From the NCBI GenBank assembly GCA_037444445.1, contig JBBIMK010000013.1, forward strand, positions 1 to 32,000: a DNA stretch of 32,000 nt, in the 5' to 3' direction. The DNA comes from a bacterium (GTDB taxonomy: Bacteria > UBP7 > UBA6624 > JBBIMK01). Both the position numbers and the translations under genes were made by a program. The notes under the pieces were generated by a model that saw only the letters and a list, made by a program, of their open reading frames with translations, did not search any database and was not told the origin of the DNA. Each line of letters begins with the position of its first letter. The stretch's first letter is position 1. Shown here in pieces: positions 1 through 9,216 of this stretch.

Positions 1-31
1 TCCAACCTTGCAATATTATCCTACTATAAGC

Positions 32-69
32 TAAAGAAAAAGTCAAGCGGGGGGGATGAAATCCCGCTT
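32..69 (-). terminator. Terminator-like hairpin; the transcript it would terminate is unknown
   Basis: Stem AAGCGGG (45-51) pairs with CCCGCTT (63-69) around an 11-nt loop. Read on the minus strand, the hairpin is followed by GACTTTTTCTTT (44-32). No minus-strand gene lies upstream of it in this window, so its role is uncertain. Confidence 0.25.
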
Positions 70-210
70 CAGGGGGCAGTGAGATGGGCATTTCGCCCTG
101 CATTTTCAGTGGCAGTGAACCCCTGCGATATTTTAAGCGGGGCTACTAACAAGCGGAGGATGTCTCCCACTTCTTCTATTTCAGGTAGTTTCTCGCAGGG
201 GGTTAGGAGA

Positions 211-363
211 ATGATTACGAGGCTTCAATCTGTAACGATTTTCGTGCGACACCAGGACGAGGCGCTTCGCCGGTTCACCGAAAACCCCGGATGGAGCCTG
301 GCGACTCTGCGTGAGACGGAAAACCTTTTGTTTTGCCTGTTGAAGGGAGGGCTGTTGTGGTAA
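211..363 (+). pseudogene. Truncated VOC/glyoxalase-like ORF remnant (51 codons)
   Basis: From ATG 211, MITRLQSVTIFVRHQDEALRRFTENPGW resembles the N-terminal beta-alpha-beta unit of VOC/glyoxalase-family proteins. The frame ends at TAA 361-363, far short of a full VOC domain. The AGGAG motif sits only 1 nt from the ATG, which is poor spacing. Confidence 0.3.
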
Positions 364-366
364 AAT
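358..366 (+). promoter_or_regulatory. Extended -10 box TGgTAAAAT directly upstream of corA
   Basis: TG at 358-359 and TAAAAT at 361-366. Only 6 nt (GAGGAT) separate the hexamer from the corA GTG at 373, so a transcript starting here would be leaderless. Confidence 0.4.
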
Positions 367-372
367 GAGGAT

Positions 373-1338
373 GTGATTACGCTCGTTTATCTATCTTCTA
401 ATGGGGAAGTGGTGAAGACCACCCGGAGGGCTGGAGAAGTCCTGAAACTTCCGGAAGCCACCTCGGTGTGGATAGATTTTGATAGCCCCTCGGAGGATGA
501 AAATCGCCTCCTCACAGACTTCTTCCACTTCCATCCTCTTGCAGTGGAAGATGCCATCGCCCACATCCATCACCCCAAACTGGATGATTATCAGAATTAC
601 CTCTTCTTGATTATGCACGAGTTGAAGTCAGAATTGAATCGGGAAGAACCGGAAACGGTGGAAGTGGACATTTTCCTCGGCTCCCATTTCCTGGTCACCT
701 ATCACAGCCAGCCTCTCCACTGCATCCAGACGCTAAAGAATACGCTGGACAAAAACCCTGCCCTCTTACAGAAAACCCCGGACTTCCTTCTGCATTTCCT
801 CCTGGATAGTATGGTGGACTCCTTCCTGCCTGTTCTGGACGCTCTGGAGGAAAGGATGGAGGCGGTGGAGGAGGAGGTGTTGGCAAAAGCCCCACGGAAA
901 TCCCTGGATGAAATTCTAAGCCTGAAGCGGCAGTTGATGAAAATTCGCCGATTCTCTGTTCTTCAAAGAGAGGTTCTCCGCCTCCTCTCCTCCGGTGAGC
1001 ATACCCTCATCCATCCCGACCTTCTGATGTATTACCGGGATGTGTATGACCATCTGGTCCGAATCTCTGACCTCTCGGAGTCGTATCGGGATATTCTATC
1101 CTCCGTGCTGGAGGGCTATCTCACCACCATTTCTAACCGCTTGAACGAGGTGATGAAAGTTCTCACCATCATCGCCACCATTATGATGCCTTTAACCCTG
1201 ATTACAGGGATTTACGGGATGAATTTTCCCGCCATGCCTCTTCAGGATTCACCTGCGGGCTTCTGGATAGTGATGGCAGGAATGGGGGTTCTCTCCATCC
1301 TGATGCTTGTCATATTTCGTCGGGCGGGCTGGTGGTAA
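373..1338 (+). CDS. corA: CorA-family magnesium/cobalt transporter
   Basis: 321 aa with a GTG start. Two C-terminal TM helices flank the CorA signature GIYGMNFPAMP (YGMNF). The N-terminal region is a soluble acidic domain. Confidence 0.93.
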   Translation: MITLVYLSSNGEVVKTTRRAGEVLKLPEATSVWIDFDSPSEDENRLLTDFFHFHPLAVEDAIAHIHHPKLDDYQNYLFLIMHELKSELNREEPETVEVDIFLGSHFLVTYHSQPLHCIQTLKNTLDKNPALLQKTPDFLLHFLLDSMVDSFLPVLDALEERMEAVEEEVLAKAPRKSLDEILSLKRQLMKIRRFSVLQREVLRLLSSGEHTLIHPDLLMYYRDVYDHLVRISDLSESYRDILSSVLEGYLTTISNRLNEVMKVLTIIATIMMPLTLITGIYGMNFPAMPLQDSPAGFWIVMAGMGVLSILMLVIFRRAGWW

Positions 1339-1360
1339 TTTTAAGAATGGGTGATGATGG

Positions 1361-2206
1361 ATGCGGGAAATCTCTGCAACGGAAATTTTCTCCGCCGTGG
1401 TGGGTCTCATCCAGAGGGCGAATTTCATCCTCCCCGACGCTGTGGTAAAAGCCCTGAAGGAAGCCCACGAGAGGGAAGCCTCCCCCACCGGACAGCAAAC
1501 CCTCTCCATCCTCCTGGAAAATGTGACTGTTGCGGCGCAGGAACAACTCCCCCTTTGCCAGGACACCGGCACCGGCATCTTTCTGGTGGAACTGGGTCAG
1601 GAAGTTCATATCACCGGCGGATTCTTAAATGACATCATCCAGGAGGCTGTGCGTGAGGCATACCGGAGTTTCCACCTCAGGAAGTCCATCGTGAATGACC
1701 CGGTTTTTGACCGGAAGAACACAGGGGATAACACGCCTGCGATGATACATACGGAAATCGTGCCCGGTGAACGGCTGAAAATCCTGTTTGCTCCCAAGGG
1801 TGGCGGGTGTGAAAATATGAGCGGACTCTGGATGCTCACTCCAGCGGAAGGGCTGGAAGGCATCCGGAGGAAGGTGCTGGAGTTCGTGGAGTGGGCGGGT
1901 CCCAATCCCTGCCCACCCATCGTGGTGGGCATCGGCATCGGCGGCTCCTTTGACCAATGCGCCCTTTTAGCAAAGAAGGCTGCCCTCCGACCCATCGGTA
2001 TCCGAAACCCCGACCCCCGGTATGCTCAATTGGAGCAGGAACTCCTGGATGCAGTGAATCGCCTCGGCATAGGTCCTATGGGCTACGGTGGAACCACCAC
2101 TGCCCTGGATGTTCACATAGAATTCCTCCCCACCCACATCACCCAGCTGCCTTTAGCCATCAATATTCAGTGCCACTCCGCCCGCTATGCGGAAGTGGTG
2201 TTGTAA
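1361..2206 (+). CDS. Fe-S type hydro-lyase alpha subunit (class I fumarate hydratase / L(+)-tartrate dehydratase alpha)
   Basis: 281 aa. Motifs typical of the N-terminal/alpha part of class I fumarases: LPLCQDTGTGIFLVELGQ, KGGGCENMS and PCPPIVVGIGIGGS. Substrate (fumarate or tartrate) cannot be decided from the sequence. Confidence 0.9.
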   Translation: MREISATEIFSAVVGLIQRANFILPDAVVKALKEAHEREASPTGQQTLSILLENVTVAAQEQLPLCQDTGTGIFLVELGQEVHITGGFLNDIIQEAVREAYRSFHLRKSIVNDPVFDRKNTGDNTPAMIHTEIVPGERLKILFAPKGGGCENMSGLWMLTPAEGLEGIRRKVLEFVEWAGPNPCPPIVVGIGIGGSFDQCALLAKKAALRPIGIRNPDPRYAQLEQELLDAVNRLGIGPMGYGGTTTALDVHIEFLPTHITQLPLAINIQCHSARYAEVVL

Positions 2207-2230
2207 TAAAGGACGAAGGGGTGAGGCAAT

Positions 2231-2791
2231 ATGAACTCCCGGGAGAAAAAGATTCAAACTCCCTTAACAGAGGATGTGATACAGGGATTGAAAGCGGGCG
2301 ACGCCGTGCGAATCACCGGCATACTCTTCACCGCCCGGGATGCGGCACACCAACGCCTCGTGTCTGCCATCCAGGCAGGGCAGTCTCTTCCTTTTGACCT
2401 GCGGGGGCAAATCATCTACTATGTGGGACCCACGCCTCCGCCCCCCGGCAAGCCCATCGGAAGTGCCGGCCCCACCACCTCCTATCGCATGGATGTGTAT
2501 GTGCCCTATCTACTGGAGAAGGGATTAAAAGGGATGATTGGCAAAGGGGCACGCTCACAAAAAGTCAAAGAAGACCTTCAGAAGCACAAAGCCCTCTATT
2601 TTGGAGCCGTGGGGGGTGCGGGCGCCCTCCTCGCCCGCTACATCCACTCCGCTACCGTCATCGCCTATGAAGATTTAGGTCCCGAAGCCATCCGAAAACT
2701 ACAGGTCGTGAACTTCCCCGCTGTGGTCATCAACGATACTTACGGTGGCGACCTCTACGAGCAGGGCAAGCAGAAATACCGCCAGACCTAA
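2231..2791 (+). CDS. Fe-S type hydro-lyase beta subunit (class I fumarate hydratase / tartrate dehydratase beta)
   Basis: 186 aa. GPTTSYRMD and MIGKGARS motifs of the beta/C-terminal domain. A GGGGTGAGG Shine-Dalgarno lies upstream, and the gene sits 24 nt after the alpha subunit. Confidence 0.9.
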   Translation: MNSREKKIQTPLTEDVIQGLKAGDAVRITGILFTARDAAHQRLVSAIQAGQSLPFDLRGQIIYYVGPTPPPPGKPIGSAGPTTSYRMDVYVPYLLEKGLKGMIGKGARSQKVKEDLQKHKALYFGAVGGAGALLARYIHSATVIAYEDLGPEAIRKLQVVNFPAVVINDTYGGDLYEQGKQKYRQT

Positions 2792-2861
2792 ATAGGTAGT
2801 GTTGAACTCACTCCCCTCCATCACCTGAAATCTATCTGAAATTGCCTCATCGGTTACTGGC

Positions 2862-2867
2862 TATAAT
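2862..2867 (+). promoter_or_regulatory. Consensus -10 hexamer TATAAT upstream of the amidohydrolase gene
   Basis: Perfect TATAAT at 2862-2867, with a weak -35-like TTGCCT at 2842-2847. Only 12 nt without any SD precede ATG 2880, implying a very short leader. Confidence 0.4.
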
Positions 2868-2879
2868 ATACAACTGGAT

Positions 2880-4430
2880 ATGAAACGATTATTCATCGGG
2901 GGGCAGGTCTTCACTACCGAGTGCTTGCAGGGGAAGAGGCCACCGGCTGAGGCAGTGCTGGTGGAGGATGGAAAAATCCTCGCCATCGGCTCGGCCTCTG
3001 ACCTTCGCCCTCTCGTCCAGCACGGCGATGCTCTGGTGGACCTGCAGGGCGGATATTTATATCCCGGCTTTGTGGATGCTCATACCCACCTAACAGGCTA
3101 CGGCGCCTCCCTTCGGGAACTCCTTCTGAGTTCCTGCAACACACGGCAGGAAGCCTTGAACGCCGTGAGAGCCTATTGCCAGACTATTCCGGAAGGGGAG
3201 TGGGTCACCGGCCGAAGATGGGATGAAAGCCGATGGCAGGAGCATCAGTATCTCACCCGTCAGGACCTGGATTCCGCCGCTCCGAAGCATCCCGTTTTCT
3301 TGCTCCGCATAGACGGACATCTGGGCGTATTGAATTCTCTTGCCCTTCACACACTGGGTATCCCATCAGACAAATTTCCTGACGGTATCCTGAAGGAGAG
3401 GGCCCTGGATGAGGTTCGCAATCGCTTGCGTCCCTCGCCCCTGCAGCGGGGAAAAGACATCCAGCGCGGGGTTCAGGAAGCCCTGAAATCAGGCGTTACC
3501 ACTATCCATGAAATCACCTCCCCAGAGGATTTGCCCGTCTATCTCTGTTTGTGGGAGAAAAGCCAGAAGGCGGAAGAAATCCAGGCACGAGAGCTGAAAA
3601 TTCGTCTCTACCTGATTCCTGTCTGGGAAGGGTGGCAAGAGGTCCAGCGCCTCCAGATTAGAGTCTACAATCCAGAATCTACAGCCCCGCGTTTCGACCC
3701 CTGGCTGAGCATCCGTGGAGTCAAGTTCTTTGCCGATGGCTCTGTCGGCGCCCACACCGCTTTGTTATCGGAGGATTATTCCGACCTGCCCGGCTCCCGG
3801 GGTGAGCATTACCTGCCACCGGATGAACTGGAGCAGGGCATCCGACAAGTGACGGCGTCAGGCTTCCAGCCCTGCGTCCACGCCATCGGCGATGCAGCCA
3901 TAGAACAGGTCCTGCAGATTTACGAACGGATTTTCCCCAGAACCCCGACTTCACGCCCTCGTATAGAACATTTTGAAATGCCCTCGTTGAACCACATTCA
4001 GCGGTTAAAAAACCTGGGCGGAATCGCCAGCGTTCAGCCTAACTTCATCGGCGAGTGGGGCTTGCCCGGCGGAATGTATGAAGAGCGCCTGGGGAAGGAG
4101 AGAATGTCCCGAATGAATCCCCTGTGGGAAATCCAGCACCAGGGTTTGCAAATGTGCTTCGGCTCCGATATGATGCCTTTCTCCCCTCTATATGGCATCC
4201 GATGTGCTCTGTATGCCCCCTTCCGTTCTCAGCAAATGAAAGAGCGAGAAGCTATCCTCGCTTATACAGCCAGCGGAGCGTATGCATCCTTCCGGGAGCA
4301 TGACCTCGGAAGCATAGAACCGGGAAAGTGGGCGGACTTCACCCTGCTAAACCAGCCCCCTTCGGAAATGCCCAGAGTCCTTATGACCATTATTGCCGGC
4401 GAAATTCTGTATACCGCCAGCGACCTGTAG
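2880..4430 (+). CDS. Metal-dependent amidohydrolase (Amidohydro_3 / YtcJ-like family)
   Basis: 516 aa. It carries the metal-ligand motifs YPGFVDAHTHL, FADGSVGAHTALL, VHAIGD and FGSDMMP. Confidence 0.85.
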   Translation: MKRLFIGGQVFTTECLQGKRPPAEAVLVEDGKILAIGSASDLRPLVQHGDALVDLQGGYLYPGFVDAHTHLTGYGASLRELLLSSCNTRQEALNAVRAYCQTIPEGEWVTGRRWDESRWQEHQYLTRQDLDSAAPKHPVFLLRIDGHLGVLNSLALHTLGIPSDKFPDGILKERALDEVRNRLRPSPLQRGKDIQRGVQEALKSGVTTIHEITSPEDLPVYLCLWEKSQKAEEIQARELKIRLYLIPVWEGWQEVQRLQIRVYNPESTAPRFDPWLSIRGVKFFADGSVGAHTALLSEDYSDLPGSRGEHYLPPDELEQGIRQVTASGFQPCVHAIGDAAIEQVLQIYERIFPRTPTSRPRIEHFEMPSLNHIQRLKNLGGIASVQPNFIGEWGLPGGMYEERLGKERMSRMNPLWEIQHQGLQMCFGSDMMPFSPLYGIRCALYAPFRSQQMKEREAILAYTASGAYASFREHDLGSIEPGKWADFTLLNQPPSEMPRVLMTIIAGEILYTASDL

Positions 4431-4613
4431 GAGCCAGGGATTAGCCCGAAGATTCCAGTCGCCCGCTACAATTTCGCCCGTGCTTATTCGTTAAAAGTCA
4501 GGAATGAAAAATAGAAGATTTCATTGGAGGAAAAGACCTGCCCCTGCCTCTGGCTATTCGTTCCTGACTGTTGACTTATCCTTATCTCCTATCCCTTCCC
4601 TGTCCAATTGTAG

Positions 4614-4619
4614 TATACT
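4614..4619 (+). promoter_or_regulatory. -10-like hexamer TATACT upstream of panB
   Basis: TATACT lies 9 nt upstream of ATG 4629 with no SD between them. No convincing -35 at proper spacing; TTGACT at 4571-4576 is too far away. Confidence 0.3.
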
Positions 4620-4628
4620 TAATGACGG

Positions 4629-5468
4629 ATGGAGCGAGTTACCCCTATTACCTTAAAAAAAATGAAGGGCGCGGGAGAGAAAATTACTTCTCTCACCGCC
4701 TACGATTACCCCACCGCTCTTTTGCTGGATGAGGTGGGGATAGATGTAATTCTGGTGGGGGACTCTCTGGGGATGGTGATGCTGGGGTATGAAACGACTT
4801 TGCCGGTGAGTATGCAGGAGATGCTCCATCACACAAGGGCGGTGGCAAGAGGGGTGAAACGCGCTCTCGTGGTGGGGGATATGCCGTTTTTGAGTTTCCA
4901 GACAGGTGTGGAGAAGGCGGTGGAGAATGCGGGGCTATTCTTGAAGGCGGGTGCTCAAGCGGTGAAACTGGAGGGAGGCTCCGAGATTCTTCCCGTCATT
5001 GATACCCTCATCAGTTTTGGCATCCCTGTGATGGGGCATCTGGGGCTAACGCCGATGAAAATTCATTCCTACGGGGGATATAAAGCCCAGGGGCGGACTG
5101 AAGAGGCGGCCCGTCGGATTTTCAACGATGCCAGGCAGTTGGACTCCGCAGGCGTTTTCTCCATCGTCCTGGAAAGCATACCGTGGAAGCTGGCGAAGAC
5201 CATTACGGAGGAAGTGGGTGCGCCCACCATTGGCATTGGCTCAGGTCCTTACTGCGATGGGCAGGTTCTCGTTTTCCACGATGCGATGGGCTTGACGCCC
5301 GGGTATCAGCCCCGTCATGTGAAAAAGTTTTTGCAGGGGCAGGAAATTTTCCGCACCGCCGTCAAATCCTATATGGAGGAGGTCCGCTCAGGCGATTTCC
5401 CCTCCCCGGCACATAGTTTTGAAATGAAGGATTTTGACCCGGAGTTTTTACGAGGTGTCCAGAAGTGA
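4629..5468 (+). CDS. panB: 3-methyl-2-oxobutanoate hydroxymethyltransferase (ketopantoate hydroxymethyltransferase)
   Basis: 279 aa. Motifs KITSLTAYDYPTA, ILVGDSLGMVMLGY and VKLEGG. Confidence 0.95.
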   Translation: MERVTPITLKKMKGAGEKITSLTAYDYPTALLLDEVGIDVILVGDSLGMVMLGYETTLPVSMQEMLHHTRAVARGVKRALVVGDMPFLSFQTGVEKAVENAGLFLKAGAQAVKLEGGSEILPVIDTLISFGIPVMGHLGLTPMKIHSYGGYKAQGRTEEAARRIFNDARQLDSAGVFSIVLESIPWKLAKTITEEVGAPTIGIGSGPYCDGQVLVFHDAMGLTPGYQPRHVKKFLQGQEIFRTAVKSYMEEVRSGDFPSPAHSFEMKDFDPEFLRGVQK

Positions 5469-6331
5469 GGATTATCCGTAAGGTGAAGGAAATGTATGAT
5501 TTTTCTTATGAGCAGGCAGAATTGAACGGGTTACTCATCGGCCTCGTCCCCACCATGGGGTATTTTCATGAGGGCCATCTCTCCCTGATGCGCGCCTCCA
5601 AACAGCAGGATGATATCACCATTGTGAGCATTTATGTGAATCCCACTCAGTTTGCTCCTCACGAGGATTTCAAAAAATATCCGAGAGATTTTGACCGGGA
5701 CTGCCAGATGGCGGAAAAGGAAAAAGTGGATGTGATTTTTGCTCCTTCGGATGAGGAGATGTATCCCGCAGGTTATACCACCTTTGTGGAAGTAGAAGAG
5801 TTGAGCCGGACATTGTGCGGGAAGCAGCGACCCGGGCACTTTCGGGGCGTCGCCACGGTTTGCCTGAAACTCTTTCAAATCTGCCATCCCGAGGAGGTTT
5901 ATTTCGGGCTGAAAGATTATCAGCAGTCCCTGGTTATCCGACGGATGGTGAAGGATTTGAACCTGCCTGTCCATGTCAATGTTTTGCCCATTGTTCGCGA
6001 GTCAGATGGCCTTGCGATGAGTTCCCGCAACACCTATCTATCGCCGGAAGAAAGGAAGCAAGCGGTGGTGCTGTTCCAGGCTCTGAAGAAGGCAGAAGGT
6101 AGATTTGCGGAAGGGGAGAGGAATGCCTCATTGCTGAAGGAACTGGCGGAGAGGGAGATTCAAACCGCCCCTTCCGCCCGAATAGATTATGTAGAAGTCG
6201 TTCACCCTCAATCCCTCCATCCGCTGGAAAGGATTGGCGAGGAGGGAGCAGTGCTTGCCCTTGCTGTCTATATCGGCACCACGAGGTTAATTGATAATGT
6301 CCTGCTGGGAGTGAAAACCTTTGAGGAATGA
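5465..6331 (+). CDS. panC: Pantoate--beta-alanine ligase (pantothenate synthetase)
   Basis: 288 aa. VPTMGYFHEGHLSLM contains the HxGH nucleotidyltransferase motif. The GTG start overlaps the panB stop (GTGA). Confidence 0.95.
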   Translation: MRIIRKVKEMYDFSYEQAELNGLLIGLVPTMGYFHEGHLSLMRASKQQDDITIVSIYVNPTQFAPHEDFKKYPRDFDRDCQMAEKEKVDVIFAPSDEEMYPAGYTTFVEVEELSRTLCGKQRPGHFRGVATVCLKLFQICHPEEVYFGLKDYQQSLVIRRMVKDLNLPVHVNVLPIVRESDGLAMSSRNTYLSPEERKQAVVLFQALKKAEGRFAEGERNASLLKELAEREIQTAPSARIDYVEVVHPQSLHPLERIGEEGAVLALAVYIGTTRLIDNVLLGVKTFEE

Positions 6332-6387
6332 ACCAGCGACCGTGATGAAGCAGACCCTTCGCAATAGGAAAAGGATGTGAAACAGGG

Positions 6388-6771
6388 ATGCAGAGATGGG
6401 TGTTAAAATCTAAACTTCACGGCATCGCCGTGACGAGAACCAACCTCGAATATCAGGGTTCTATCACCCTCTCATTAAAAATCTTAAAATCTGCGAATAT
6501 CGTTCCTTATGAGCAGGTTCACATTTTGAATGTGCACACCGGGGAGCGGTTTGCCACTTATGTGATACCATCGGAGGAAGAGGGGGTGTGCGAGATCAAC
6601 GGTGCGGCCGCTCGCCTCGTTCAGATAGGCGACCGGCTCCTGGTCCTCTCTTATGCCCTGCTGGATGAATCCGAAATCGCCTCCTTTGAAACCGCTCTCG
6701 TGTTCGTGGAGAAGGAGGACAATCGGAAATATCAGGTGGTGAAAAAACGCCTTGGAATCCCGGGTGAGTGA
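6388..6771 (+). CDS. panD: Aspartate 1-decarboxylase (pyruvoyl-dependent)
   Basis: 127 aa. KSKLHGIAVTRTNLEYQGSITL includes the Gly-Ser self-processing site. Confidence 0.93.
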   Translation: MQRWVLKSKLHGIAVTRTNLEYQGSITLSLKILKSANIVPYEQVHILNVHTGERFATYVIPSEEEGVCEINGAAARLVQIGDRLLVLSYALLDESEIASFETALVFVEKEDNRKYQVVKKRLGIPGE

Positions 6772-7792
6772 ACGGTCCGCCAGCATCCTGCAAACAGCCC
6801 GGCAGGTGTTTGAAATTGAAGGCTCTGCCGTGCTTGCCCTCGGAGAGCGTTTGAATCAGACCTTCGTCTCTGCGGTGGATGCAATTCTCAACTGTGAGGG
6901 TAGAGTGGTGGTAACCGGTGTGGGGAAGTCAGGGCATATCGCCCGAAAGATAGCGGCAACACTGGCAAGCCTCGGCTCCCCTTCCATCTTCCTTCACGCC
7001 GTGGAGGCTTCCCACGGTGACTTCGGCATTGTCCGCACCGAGGACATCGTGGTGGTCGTGTCTAAAAGCGGGGAAACGAGGGAAATCCTGCAACTGGTTC
7101 AAATCCTCCGCTCCCGGAGCGTGAAAATCATCTCCATCACCGGCGACCCTCATTCTCACCTTGCCCGATATTCCGACATCGTGCTGGAAGTGCCCGTGAA
7201 AAGGGAAGCAGACCATATCAACCTGGCGCCCACCGCCAGCACCACTGCCAGCCTCGCTATGGGCGATGCTTTAGCCATCGCTGTGGCGAAGGAAAGAGGC
7301 TTCACGGAAAAAGATTTCGCCCTCTTCCACCCCGGCGGAACCCTCGGCAGACGCCTGCTTCTCAAAGTGGAACAGCTGATGCACGGCGGAGAGGAAAACC
7401 CGGTGATTTCTCAGGAGGAATCTTTTGAAACCGCTCTGTTCACCGTAACCGACAAAAGGCTGGGAGCGGTGAGCGCCGTCAACGCCGATGGAAAACTCAC
7501 TGGCATCATCACGGACGGCGACATCCGCAGGCTTCTCGGAAAATCCCCCTCCTCTACCGTGAAAAACCTCTATGCTCTGAAAGTGAAGGAGGTTATGACC
7601 AAGAATCCAAAGTTCATCCACCGCCACCGCCTCGCCACGGAAGCCTTGAAAATGATGGAAGACCATGCCATCACCGTCCTCCCAGTGGTGGATGAGACCG
7701 ACCACCCCATCGGAATGGTTCACATTCATGACCTGGTTCAGGCGGGCATTGGAGAAAGCCGACGCATGAAACAAAGAATTCTGGAGGATTAG
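6752..7792 (+). CDS. kdsD: Arabinose-5-phosphate isomerase (KpsF/GutQ family; SIS domain plus tandem CBS)
   Basis: 346 aa. SIS motif VVVTGVGKSGHIARKIAATLASLGSPS, with a C-terminal CBS pair. The start is ambiguous: TTG 6752 or in-frame GTG 6764. Both overlap the panD stop at 6769-6771. Confidence 0.88.
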   Translation: MESRVSERSASILQTARQVFEIEGSAVLALGERLNQTFVSAVDAILNCEGRVVVTGVGKSGHIARKIAATLASLGSPSIFLHAVEASHGDFGIVRTEDIVVVVSKSGETREILQLVQILRSRSVKIISITGDPHSHLARYSDIVLEVPVKREADHINLAPTASTTASLAMGDALAIAVAKERGFTEKDFALFHPGGTLGRRLLLKVEQLMHGGEENPVISQEESFETALFTVTDKRLGAVSAVNADGKLTGIITDGDIRRLLGKSPSSTVKNLYALKVKEVMTKNPKFIHRHRLATEALKMMEDHAITVLPVVDETDHPIGMVHIHDLVQAGIGESRRMKQRILED

Positions 7793-7794
7793 AG

Positions 7795-9162
7795 ATGTCA
7801 TCCGAGATGGAGAAAACTCTTCTGTCTTCCCCAGTCTGTTATGAGAACCTGATGAATCTCTTGACGGGAAAGTATGAAAAAACTTCCGAGGAGTGGCTTC
7901 AGGAAGCAGACCGGGTTCTGGCGAAGGCCACCCACTCCCGGGATATTTACCCGGTGCTGGACCATCTTCGTGGCGACTGGGTCTGGATTTATGATGTGGA
8001 CGGAAGGAAGTATCTGGATATGACCTCCGGGGTGGCCGCTCGTCCCTTCGGCCTCTTCCCCCAGGAATACCGCGAACTCCTCACAGCCCTCCGTCAGGTG
8101 CCCTTCCATTTCGCCTCCGCCGACTTTGACAACCTGCCCCAGATCCTGCTGGCGAAGAAATTGATTGAAATCACCCCGGGAGATTTTGAAAAGGAAGTCT
8201 CCTTCACCACCAGCGGAGCCAGAGCCGTGGAAACGGCGGTGAAGTCCATCCTGGACCACAGCCAGAATACGAAATTTATTGCCTTTGAGCCCGCCTTCCA
8301 TGGACGAACCGGCTTCACCCTCCCCCTCACCTCCTCCAAAGGCGTCCAGCGTGAGCGTTACCCGCAGGCATTCCCGGTGATTCGGAGCCCTTATGCTTAC
8401 TGCTATCGCTGCCCCTTTGCTGAAGAGGCAGAAACCTGCGCCACTGCCTGCGTGGAGTTCCTCAAAGACAAACTGGATTATGAAGGGAAAGATGTGGCGG
8501 GGATGGTGATAGAGCCCGTAGCAGGAGAGCCCGGGTTTATCCCGCCCCCGAAAAAATTCATCCACGGCGTTTTCCAGGTCTGTAAGGAACTGGGAGCCTA
8601 CTTTGTTTCCGATGAGGTCCAGACGGGACTGGGCAGAACCGGAAAAATGTGGGGCATCCAGCATTTTGATGTGGTGCCGGATTATCTATGCTCGGCGAAA
8701 GCCCTGGGTGGTGGGCTTCCCCTGGGCGCCTGCATCGGCCCCAAACCCCTCTTCTCTAAAAGAGGCAGACATGCCGAAACCTCCACCGCTGAACCCTTCA
8801 TCGCTCTCCTTTCCCTCTTTACCATCCTTCAGGTGGAAAAAGTCCTCCCTCAAATCCCTCAACGGGGTGAACTTTTCCTCAACCAACTGGAACACTTGCG
8901 GGAAGAATACGAAATCATCGGTGATGCGAGAGGGCTGGGGCTCTTGCTCGCCGTGGAAATCGTGAAAGATAAAAGAACCAAAAAGAAGAATCCCGAACTG
9001 GTTAAGAAAATCCTCTCCAATTGCGTTCAGGAAGGCCTGCTGGTCCTGCCCGTGGGCCATTCCTCCATTCGCTTCCTCCCCCCGTTAGATGTCAGTGAGG
9101 AAATTATTCACGAAGCGGTGCTCCGCTTTGAATTCGCTCTCCGCAAGACTCTTCTGAACTGA
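7795..9162 (+). CDS. Class III pyridoxal-phosphate-dependent aminotransferase (acetylornithine/GABA/beta-alanine aminotransferase-like)
   Basis: 455 aa. DEVQTGLGRTGKMWG, and the Schiff-base lysine context CSAKALGGGLPLGA. GGAGGA SD upstream; ATG lies 2 nt after the kdsD stop. Substrate is not assignable. Confidence 0.88.
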   Translation: MSSEMEKTLLSSPVCYENLMNLLTGKYEKTSEEWLQEADRVLAKATHSRDIYPVLDHLRGDWVWIYDVDGRKYLDMTSGVAARPFGLFPQEYRELLTALRQVPFHFASADFDNLPQILLAKKLIEITPGDFEKEVSFTTSGARAVETAVKSILDHSQNTKFIAFEPAFHGRTGFTLPLTSSKGVQRERYPQAFPVIRSPYAYCYRCPFAEEAETCATACVEFLKDKLDYEGKDVAGMVIEPVAGEPGFIPPPKKFIHGVFQVCKELGAYFVSDEVQTGLGRTGKMWGIQHFDVVPDYLCSAKALGGGLPLGACIGPKPLFSKRGRHAETSTAEPFIALLSLFTILQVEKVLPQIPQRGELFLNQLEHLREEYEIIGDARGLGLLLAVEIVKDKRTKKKNPELVKKILSNCVQEGLLVLPVGHSSIRFLPPLDVSEEIIHEAVLRFEFALRKTLLN

Positions 9163-9216
9163 CCAGAACTCAATGGGGCCCCCCTCTCCAGTCTTCCTTG
9201 ATAGAATGAGTGTGAA

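Noticed and set aside
79-372. Possible Mg2+ (M-box) or other riboswitch in front of corA
   Set aside because: GTTAGGAGA…GAGGCT vaguely recalls the M-box 5' block. However, I could not find the other conserved blocks (GGGTCAACAG-like, ACAGTGCTAAAGC-like). There are only small unrelated hairpins.
4497-4568. Long-range inverted repeat GTCAGGAA … TTCCTGAC with an inner TGAAA/TTTCA hairpin upstream of panB (possible regulatory RNA)
   Set aside because: The stems are short and I recognise no riboswitch class in it. It also lies upstream of the putative panB -10 box, so it would probably not be in the mRNA. I keep it only as a note.
7798-8664. 288-aa minus-strand ORF antisense to the class III aminotransferase
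   Set aside because: It is a shadow ORF of a clearly real gene, with low-complexity Gly/Glu/Arg-rich translation and no start context.
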